Below are positions 56,094-64,000 of a stretch of 64,000 nt of DNA, one piece after another. The DNA is taken from assembly GCA_965249485.1 (NCBI GenBank), contig OZ252239.1, positions 1,120,001 through 1,184,000 of the forward strand, written 5' to 3'. The notes under the pieces were generated by a model, which made no database searches, was not told the origin of the DNA, and worked only from the letters and a program-made list of their open reading frames with translations. The DNA comes from a bacterium (lineage in GTDB: Bacteria; SM23-31). The position numbers and the translations under genes are program-made. How positions within the stretch are numbered: position 1 is the stretch's first letter; each line of letters starts with the position of its first letter.

Positions 56094-57550
56094 TTACAAA
56101 GCAGAAAGGTTAGAGTTTCTGTTGGCAAGCAATGTGTCACTGTTTCTACTGTTCGATGTGCTGCTGCTTGATTGCTTTTTTCCAGATTTGTCAACCGGAA
56201 GATGCAGTGAGACGGTGGTCCCAATGCCGACTTTACTCTTGATTTTAATGTTACCGCCATGGTTCTTAATGATTCCATACGCTACCGACAATCCCAAACC
56301 TTTCCCTGGTTGGTGTCCACCTCCAAACGGACCTTTTGTAGTAACAAACGGATCAAAGATATTTTTCAGAATTTCCTCTTCAATACCGATACCGGTATCT
56401 GAGATTTCAATAACGACATTCGAACGTTCTTGACGTGATTGGATCGAGAGCGTACCGCCATCCTCCTCCATGGCATCGCGAGCATTGGTAACAATATGTA
56501 AAATAACCTGGGCAATTTGATTTAAATCGCACAATACATGCGGGATCGATTCATGAAAGGTTCTGATATTAATCCCTTTTTCAAGCAAATCGGTCCGTAT
56601 TAGCGATACAAGGGTATCAAGTTCTTTGTTGATATCGGTTTCCACTCTCTGAGGTGAATAGGGACCGGAAAAATCAAGAAGATTGTCAATAATCTTTGCG
56701 GCACGTTTCGATAAATCGATGACGTTCCCCAGCGTTTTTTTGTCTCACTGATATTGTCGCTGATAAGTGCTAATTCACTATATCCCATTATTGCAGCAAA
56801 AATATTGTTAAACTCGTGAGCAATACCACCGGCAAGAAGGCCGAGGCCTGCAAGCTTTTCGGACTGGATGATTAACTTCTGTGTTTTATGGAGTTCGGCA
56901 AAAGTGTTTTTGAGGTTTTCATTTGTATCTTTGAGAGTCTTATTCGTCTCACTTAGCGTGTGGAATAATCTGATATTTCCAATGACGAGTCCGGCATGCT
57001 GCATAAAAATATTGAGAAAATTTATCTTTTCCTTCGGGATATCTTTTTTTTGTGTAAAACTGATATTGAGAACACCTTCGGGTTTATTTTGACTGAGAAG
57101 AGGAACACATATAAGTGTTTTAATATCTACCTGGGTATCGGGAAATTTACAGAATCGCTCATCGAGATCGGTATCATTAATATAGATCACCTTCCCATGC
57201 TCAAGAGACCAGCCTGCTGCACATTCGCCCATCTTGAACCGAGTGCCGATCGTGGAGATATCATTTTGTTTTGTGGAATCAAAGTGAGTTCCTGATTGCA
57301 CTGCCTGAAGTTCAAGAATATTGTCATGAGCATTATAGAGCATGAGCGAACAGCAATCCGGAGACATTTCGTCGAACATGAGATTGACAATTTTGTGGCT
57401 TGCTTCTCTCAGATCATACACATAACCGAGAACATCACCAACCTGACGTAATAACGAAAGTTCGTGTACTTTGTCTTCATAACGGTTTTCTAAATCTCCA
57501 ATTGCATTTTGGAGAATCGATATCCGTTTATGTAATTTTTCCGAACTCAT
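56094..57550 (-). CDS. GAF-HisKA-HATPase sensor histidine kinase, frameshift near 56733
   Basis: GAF domain; EKLAGLGLLAGGIAHEFNN; second frame NARDAM, DTGIGI, FDPFVTTK, GLGLS; the break is at an A7 run. Confidence 0.88.
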
Positions 57551-57561
57551 ATACTATACAA

Positions 57562-58437
57562 TTACTTCATCACTTGGAGCAATGCCTCTAGTTTTCCCCG
57601 CATACCCTCCAAATCCTGACGGATCTGATTCATATGTGACGATTTAAAATTTAAAATTGAATAAGCATGTTGATCTATTTGTGCCGGGATGATGCTCCCG
57701 CCTATTCTAACCTTTTCTTCCTGACAGATAAGATTAGTTATATAGGTCAAATATGTCAGGGGTGCATACCGTCTCGGCGCCTGGGCCGGTATATGATGGT
57801 ATTTTATCGCAGTTAATAACTCCTCAGGAAAATTCCACTTCTCACCTAATATATAGCCGATTTCGCAAAGTTCGCTTCCGAGAATAGCTTTCTCGGCTTC
57901 ATAATATGAAATTTTTTCAGCACGAGCGGTACGGACTACATCTTTGTATTCTTCTTCAAAATAACTGTCCACGACAACTTTCCCGATATCGTGCAAGAGA
58001 CATGCAATAAAGGCTTTGTCCGGTTCATAAAATTTTACATGTTCAGCAATAATTTTACCCAGATAACCGCACGCTATTGAGTGGAGCCAGAACTGCTCTC
58101 TGTCAAAATAATCATCACCTTCTTTATGTGGAAACATACCGAAAACCGAGACGCTGAGTGCGATGTTTTTTACCATATCGAATCCGAGAATCACGATAGC
58201 ACGGGAAAGATCGCTTACTTGTTTCGCATAACCGTAATACGCAGAATTGGCCATGTTGAGAACTTTTGCCGTTATCGATTGGTCATTTTTGATCGTTTCC
58301 TGCAGAATGGTTGCCGATGATTTCGGATCATCTATTGTATTAAGAACTTGCTCAAAAATAACAGGTAGCGTAGGCAGCTTTTTAATATTCTGTAGGACTT
58401 CTTTACGAATATCCAATTCCATGATCAATTCCTTCAA
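57562..58437 (-). CDS. HDOD domain signalling protein
   Basis: LPTLP, ANSAYYG, FWLHSIAC, LLHDIGK and WNFP...YHH motifs. Confidence 0.92.
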   Translation of the reverse strand: MKELIMELDIRKEVLQNIKKLPTLPVIFEQVLNTIDDPKSSATILQETIKNDQSITAKVLNMANSAYYGYAKQVSDLSRAIVILGFDMVKNIALSVSVFGMFPHKEGDDYFDREQFWLHSIACGYLGKIIAEHVKFYEPDKAFIACLLHDIGKVVVDSYFEEEYKDVVRTARAEKISYYEAEKAILGSELCEIGYILGEKWNFPEELLTAIKYHHIPAQAPRRYAPLTYLTYITNLICQEEKVRIGGSIIPAQIDQHAYSILNFKSSHMNQIRQDLEGMRGKLEALLQVMK

Positions 58438-58552
58438 TTACGGCCCCATAGCCGCCATGATATAATAAATCGGACAAACACGTACGAGACTTCGATATCC
58501 GGTGATGTATTGTGAAAACGCTTGAAATTTGTGTAATACCATCTATTAGCGC

Positions 58553-59158
58553 TCAATGTGTTAATAAAATATTCGGAGTAGCTCTGCGAATTCTGATTGT
58601 CAGCCAAGCTCCCACTGCAATCTTAATTATGTCGGAAGGTAAGAATATTACAAAACCCACCCACAACACATTAAAGATGTCCCCAAGAAGTGCTTTAGAA
58701 TATATAAAAAAAAATGTGACGCCAATCGTATATATTACAATCGATCCTGAACCGTAAATCACAATATAATGAACAAACTTCCGTTTATCATTTCTCTGCG
58801 CTTTTTGATCCGGAGACTGCAATCGTTTTGACAAGACACCCATCACAAAAGCTGCTATGGGAAATGAGAGGAGATAACCGAATGTCGGATCGAAGATATA
58901 TCCGATACCTCCCCCTCCTGCAAAAACAGGCAGTCCAAGCAGACCGGCAGCGAGGTAGAGTACCTGACTGGTAAATGCTCCACCAGGACTCAACAATCCT
59001 GCTGCAAGAAAAACAGACAACGTTTGTAATGTGAACGGTACAGGCGGTACCGGAATCCTGATTAGCGCTCCGACTGCGGTCAATGCCGCAAAGAGTGCCG
59101 CTAAAATTGCCGTGCGAACTGTTTCTCTTGAGTGTAAAATGGGTGTATCACGGTCCAC
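58553..59158 (-). CDS. bioY: Biotin ECF transporter S component
   Basis: PVPFTLQT, GLPVFAGG and PTFGYLLSF motifs. Confidence 0.92.
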   Translation of the reverse strand: MDRDTPILHSRETVRTAILAALFAALTAVGALIRIPVPPVPFTLQTLSVFLAAGLLSPGGAFTSQVLYLAAGLLGLPVFAGGGGIGYIFDPTFGYLLSFPIAAFVMGVLSKRLQSPDQKAQRNDKRKFVHYIVIYGSGSIVIYTIGVTFFFIYSKALLGDIFNVLWVGFVIFLPSDIIKIAVGAWLTIRIRRATPNILLTH

Positions 59159-59320
59159 AGAGAATATTGAAATAAGTTGTTGGTGCTGGTTGTGCGCGAA
59201 TTACTATGTACAGAAAATAACACCGGATACAAGATTCGATTGTATTTGGTTTAAAAGTATAAAGGAATTCTCTGTTATGCAATAAAATTTTATCCACAAA
59301 ATGGTATTAATATCTTAATT

Positions 59321-59336
59321 TGTGATCTGTCTCACA
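59321..59336. promoter_or_regulatory. CRP-family binding site 3
   Basis: aattTGTGA-tctgtc-TCACAtta; perfect core in an intergenic region. Confidence 0.7.
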
Positions 59337-59375
59337 TTAAAATGCTTTAGATACATGAACGCTGTAGAAAAACTA

Positions 59376-62084
59376 TCAGAAATTATGGCCGAGTGAAAAA
59401 TGTATCCTGTCGCCAAAGTTTAAGGTTTTGCCATATCCAATTTCAAGAGGACCAACTGGTAAATCAAATGATAGAGCAGTTCCAAACGCATTTCTGAAAT
59501 CAGCAAATGAGAATTTCTCAGACTTCTCCGAAAGATTCGCAATATCCCACCGTACGGTCAAATATGTGTCGAAGATATTCTGCAGTGGCATTTTTAACCG
59601 ATAACCGAGGTTTGCAGCTAATATAGTCTTCCCATGTAATGTGTTGAGACGGTTTCCAAAGAATGTATCTGATCCGCCCCAGTGGAACCGCTGTGAGTAG
59701 GGGAGTGTTTCATCAGCGAATCCTGCAACAATCCGCGATTCGATCGTATGGTTTTCCTGTAAAGTAAATACATATCCCAAAGATGAATAAAATTTCACAT
59801 AGGATACTTCACTCCCGAGTAGAGAAGATGCATTTTCGTAATAAACTCTATGAAAATTTCCTCTTCTCGGAAATGGAAACCGGTCGCGCGTATCGACGAG
59901 TGACTCAAATGTCAGGGTTCGGAGGTGAATCCTTTCATTGACGGTATTGAAATATGGATCTCGTACCTCGACAGGAAGTGTAAGAAACGGTAACGCTTCA
60001 ATTTCAATATCATCCATATTCAGTCGTGCGGATACAGTGCCGAATCTGCCGAGCTGTCGCCCTAAAGAAAGCGACCCGCCAAGGCGTGTGTCTTGGAACT
60101 CGCCACTCCGGATGAAATCTCGTGTATAATCTGTTAAAAAATCGGTATGTATTGTGTAATGAACGTCCCCATTCATAGTCAAATAGGATAAGAATATTCT
60201 ATCAATGCGAAATTGGTACTGGAAAGCCTGGTCCCGAGGGCCATATCTGATGTGGAGTTGTGATTTCAGTCCGAGACCTCCGAAGTTATCGTCGGATAAC
60301 TCTATAAAACCTTTCGTTTTCTGGTCAAAGTCATACCGTGCTCCAAATCGGACAATTTCTGATTTTTGCTCCTCCATATTAATTTGGAGGATCAGTCTGT
60401 CCTTTTCTCTTGTGATCGTCGGAAATACACGCTGAAAAAGGCCTGTACCGTAAATGTTGTCTATACCCTGTTCAACTAGAAAGTAATTGAATATAGTGCC
60501 GCTTTTCTGAGACATCTCACGCCGTATGACATGCGGCTGTGTTTTGTCGTTGCCGATCAATTGTATGCCGTTAATGACTCCTTCGTCAATAAAAACCGAA
60601 AGTGTTTGAGAAATGGGATCAATTTCAATTCCATTTATCTGAGCTATAGAATAACCATTTTCATTGTAGAGATTGAGTATTTTGTTTATGAAAAGAACCG
60701 CATTGTTCGTATTAAATACATTATATTCGCCAAATGTATAGAGTTGAATTATCTCTTCTGAAGAAAAAATTGTATTGCCGGATATTTGTATAGAGGTAAT
60801 GGCTGGATTTTCCACGACTGAATAGGCGACGTTGTGCGTGTCTCCTGTTCGTGTGATCACAGCTTTTACGTCTTCGAAATAACCTGTTTCATGGAGAGTT
60901 TTGAGATTCTGTTCTATCTGTATATCTGAAGTCGTATTATTCAAAGCTGAATCAGTAATACTGCGTATGAAAGCGGAGGGGATTCGCTTGTTACCAGAGA
61001 TTATGACAGATTCGGCAGTAAACCGCGCCGATGTTTCTCCATTCTCATTCATTGTTTCGAGTAAGTTCAGAATTGCCGGCATCATCTGACGTGTTTTTGC
61101 CCTGCCAAGCTCAATGAATTCCCGAATCGAATTGATGGCATAGCCGTCGACAGATCCCAAATCCGGTTTAATAACAATATCCGCACGTTCTATGGACCGT
61201 TCATTCCGGTCTTTTTGCATAATGGTTGAGTAATGGTCCATCTGTTTCCACGGGAATGTCATCTGCTCTGCAGTCAGAAGCGGTGATGTACAATCTACAG
61301 CTATAATAATGTCGCTGCCCATTGACTGGGCTACATCTGTCGGAATATTATTCACGATGCCGCCGTCAACATAAGCACGGCCGTCGATCGTTACTTCTGA
61401 AAATAGAAACGGGGCGGCTATGCTGCTCAGTATTGTTAGTGCGAGGTTTCCTTCATCGAAAACTTTTTGTGTTCCATTATACTTATCGAGCGCAATAATA
61501 CGCAGTGGTATTTTCAAGTCGTCAAAGTCAGCCACAGGAAGGGTATTTGCTCGCATAATAAGTGAATGCAGTGCACTGAACAACTGCTGTCCCTGGCTGA
61601 TTGCTTGCGGTATATATGGTTTGAATCCATCAAATCGTAATTCGATCAGATGCCGGTTGAAATCAGCTTTCTGACCTACGAACATTGTGGACCGCTCCGG
61701 AGTATTCCTGAAAATGTTTGCCCAATCGGTGCTGAGCGAAAACTCCTCAATCTCAGCAGGGGAATAACCGGTGGCGTAGAGTCCTCCGACAATCGAGCCC
61801 ATGCTCGAACCAGAAATATAATCCACAGTGATTCCGGCTTTTTCCAGTTCCTCAAGAATTCCGATTTGAGCAAAACCACGCAAACCGCCTCCGCTCAGGG
61901 CAATTCCAATTGTGGGTTGTGCCACTTTCTTGAAGTGGAATGATCCCAGTGTATCTCCTTTATAGGTGAGCACAATTTCTCGTGGATATTCTGAGAAATT
62001 TTGACCTGCCTTTGCATCGACTGGACAAAACAATCTTACAATTAAAACGAACACAACTTGAAGTGTTGTAAACGACCTATACAT
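59376..62084 (-). CDS. Patatin phospholipase + POTRA domains + Omp85 barrel (PlpD-like)
   Basis: LSGGGLRG, GSSMG and DGG motifs; three I.I.GN POTRA starts; ends SLGHNF. Confidence 0.88.
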   Translation of the reverse strand: MYRSFTTLQVVFVLIVRLFCPVDAKAGQNFSEYPREIVLTYKGDTLGSFHFKKVAQPTIGIALSGGGLRGFAQIGILEELEKAGITVDYISGSSMGSIVGGLYATGYSPAEIEEFSLSTDWANIFRNTPERSTMFVGQKADFNRHLIELRFDGFKPYIPQAISQGQQLFSALHSLIMRANTLPVADFDDLKIPLRIIALDKYNGTQKVFDEGNLALTILSSIAAPFLFSEVTIDGRAYVDGGIVNNIPTDVAQSMGSDIIIAVDCTSPLLTAEQMTFPWKQMDHYSTIMQKDRNERSIERADIVIKPDLGSVDGYAINSIREFIELGRAKTRQMMPAILNLLETMNENGETSARFTAESVIISGNKRIPSAFIRSITDSALNNTTSDIQIEQNLKTLHETGYFEDVKAVITRTGDTHNVAYSVVENPAITSIQISGNTIFSSEEIIQLYTFGEYNVFNTNNAVLFINKILNLYNENGYSIAQINGIEIDPISQTLSVFIDEGVINGIQLIGNDKTQPHVIRREMSQKSGTIFNYFLVEQGIDNIYGTGLFQRVFPTITREKDRLILQINMEEQKSEIVRFGARYDFDQKTKGFIELSDDNFGGLGLKSQLHIRYGPRDQAFQYQFRIDRIFLSYLTMNGDVHYTIHTDFLTDYTRDFIRSGEFQDTRLGGSLSLGRQLGRFGTVSARLNMDDIEIEALPFLTLPVEVRDPYFNTVNERIHLRTLTFESLVDTRDRFPFPRRGNFHRVYYENASSLLGSEVSYVKFYSSLGYVFTLQENHTIESRIVAGFADETLPYSQRFHWGGSDTFFGNRLNTLHGKTILAANLGYRLKMPLQNIFDTYLTVRWDIANLSEKSEKFSFADFRNAFGTALSFDLPVGPLEIGYGKTLNFGDRIHFSLGHNF

Positions 62085-62264
62085 TTGCGTTACACTTTTT
62101 TAATAGGGGCGATAAGGTAGTTTATAGTGAATTAGCATACCAAAAACCATGCTGATATACAATTCGACAATCACGAAAATCTTTTTCACATGAATGTGAA
62201 AAAGATATAAAAAGTTTCAATATTTATCAATGAATATCTTCCAAGATTGCTTCGGGGTTTTTAA

Positions 62265-62293
62265 TTGCATTTCGTAGCGGTAATCGCTATATT
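62265..62293 (+). promoter_or_regulatory. Sigma70 promoter of lpxH
   Basis: TTGCAT-N17-TATATT. Confidence 0.6.
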
Positions 62294-62329
62294 TTTTGGC
62301 ATTGTACGAACCGCTAAAGGAATTCTTCT

Positions 62330-63067
62330 GTGTCGCAGCAAAAGAAAGTAATCTTTATTTCCGATGTTCATCTCGGAATGAACCATGATACAAATGAACA
62401 GGAAAGAGAGCAGAAGCTCATCTCTTTTCTCCGTAAAACGTTTGAAAGTGGAGACAGACTTTTCATTGTAGGTGACCTTTTCGATTTCTGGTTTGAATAC
62501 AAAACAGTTATTCCCAAAGATTACATCCGCATCCTCTCATGCTTGAAGGAGATGACCCAAGAAGGTGTCAGGATAGACTACATTGCCGGAAATCACGATT
62601 TTTGGGCTGGTGATTTTTTCCAAAAAGAGCTCGGACTCATTTTTCATCCGGAACCGATTCGAGAGACCATCGGAAACAAGACATTTTACATCATTCATGG
62701 TGACGGATTGAAAAAATCGGACGGTGGATACCGGCTGCTTAAGGGGATATTCCGTAACAGGCTGAATATTTTTCTCTACCGGTGGCTTCATCCCGATCTT
62801 GGAGTGCCGTTTGCAAAATGGTGTTCGGGATCAAGCCGGAAACACACCGCAAATAAAGATTTCGGAGATGAAAAGGAATACATCGATTTTGCTGAAACCA
62901 TGTTTGAAGATGGTGTTGATCACGTTATTCTAGCTCATACTCACCGGCCTCTCGAACACAAAACCGGCAACGGCAAAAGCCTTGTCAACCTCGGTGACTG
63001 GATCGAACATTTCACTTATGCCCAGTTTTATGACAACACGCTAACACTCCAACGATATACGACCTGA
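62330..63067 (+). CDS. lpxH: UDP-2,3-diacylglucosamine diphosphatase
   Basis: SDVHLG, GDLFDFW, GNHD, HGD, HTH and NLGDW motifs. Confidence 0.85.
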   Translation: MSQQKKVIFISDVHLGMNHDTNEQEREQKLISFLRKTFESGDRLFIVGDLFDFWFEYKTVIPKDYIRILSCLKEMTQEGVRIDYIAGNHDFWAGDFFQKELGLIFHPEPIRETIGNKTFYIIHGDGLKKSDGGYRLLKGIFRNRLNIFLYRWLHPDLGVPFAKWCSGSSRKHTANKDFGDEKEYIDFAETMFEDGVDHVILAHTHRPLEHKTGNGKSLVNLGDWIEHFTYAQFYDNTLTLQRYTT

Positions 63068-63294
63068 CGTTTTTTGCACATATCTCAGTGATTAATGAAT
63101 AAAAAACTGTCATTACGGTCGGATTCCCGGTTAATAGCTTGGACAAAGTGGAGAAACCTCGACCGTAATTTATTCCAGATTCCGGCAATTCTCACAAACC
63201 ATATTATTGCTTTTGATTTTGCATAATTATATCTCTATATTTACATTTCCATTGTCTAATAACTATTGATTTCATTCCTCTTTTACAATTATAA

Positions 63295-64000
63295 ATGCCG
63301 AAACCGAAGCCAATAATAATCGGAATCGATACCGGTGGGACATTTACCGATTTTGTCTATTTTAACAAGGGCAAATTTCATGTCCTGAAAGTGTTATCGA
63401 CTCCAGAAAATCCTGGAAAAGCCATCATCACCGGACTTAGAAAGATCGAACGGGAAAATTCGTTTGAGCTTTCCATTATCCACGGCTCAACGGTAGCTAC
63501 AAACGCCCTGCTCGAACGGAAAGGAGCCCGGACAGCTCTGATAACCACGAAAGGATTCAAAGACCTTATAGAGATCGGGCGGCAGAATAGGCCGGGATTA
63601 TACGATCTGAATACCGACAGGCCGGAACCACTCATTCCTGCTTCCCGGCGGTTTGAACTCGATGAACGGACGCTCTTCGACGGGACAGTCCATACACCGT
63701 TGGATATGGCCGCCTGTGAACAGGTACTGAAAATTTGTGAGTCTAAAAAAATAGATTCAATAACTATTTGTTTTCTCCATTCATATGCGAACCGCAAAAA
63801 TGAGATAGCTGCTACCCGTTTGGCGAGGAAAAAAGGTTTTCGTGTGTCACCGTCATCTGAGATTCTCTCCGAATACCGCGAATATGAACGATTGAGTACA
63901 TCAGCAGTTAATGCCTATGTTTCACCGAAAATGGACACCTATCTCCAGTCGCTTCAGCAGGGAGTTCCGCAATCTTCCATACAGGTAATGAAATCGAACG
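63295..64000 (+). CDS. Hydantoinase/5-oxoprolinase A subunit (partial, runs off the window; absent from the ORF track)
   Basis: MPKPKPIIIGIDTGGTFTD...HGSTVATNALLERKG...TTKGFKDLIEIGRQNR...EYERLSTSAVNAY. Confidence 0.92.
   Translation, partial: MPKPKPIIIGIDTGGTFTDFVYFNKGKFHVLKVLSTPENPGKAIITGLRKIERENSFELSIIHGSTVATNALLERKGARTALITTKGFKDLIEIGRQNRPGLYDLNTDRPEPLIPASRRFELDERTLFDGTVHTPLDMAACEQVLKICESKKIDSITICFLHSYANRKNEIAATRLARKKGFRVSPSSEILSEYREYERLSTSAVNAYVSPKMDTYLQSLQQGVPQSSIQVMKSN

Noticed and set aside
59290..59298. Replication origin
   Set aside because: A single DnaA box, with no cluster and no dnaA/dnaN context.

Overview
Bacterial chromosomal window, most likely from an FCB-group candidate lineage (KSB1/Latescibacterota-like; inferred from T9SS/FlgD-type C-terminal domains and gene order, not from a marker search). 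Housekeeping genes: sppA, queC, khpA, tRNA-Lys, purA, cobO, polA, a tRNA-Gln-prs-rplY-pth-hppA-rpsF-ssb-rpsR-rplI run, bioY, patatin-Omp85, lpxH. The consensus is noisy: about 16 frameshifts or in-frame stops, mostly +1 insertions, so several ORF-track fragments belong to single genes. The standout is a co-oriented ~25 kb locus (21.0-45.9 kb). Two near-consensus CRP boxes precede a ~4,300 aa secreted repeat protein (~12 Ig-like repeats plus 23 tandem FN3-like repeats and a T9SS-type CTD). It is followed by two FG-GAP proteins, a PorV-like barrel/transglutaminase-like/TPR fusion, a small exported protein and a CHASE2 adenylate cyclase. I infer a cAMP-linked surface-sensing/adhesin system. Other candidates are a short terminator-containing purA leader, a sigma28 promoter before a small YjfB-like gene, a third CRP box and several operator-like palindromes. 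No CRISPR array, integrase, transposase or rRNA was seen.
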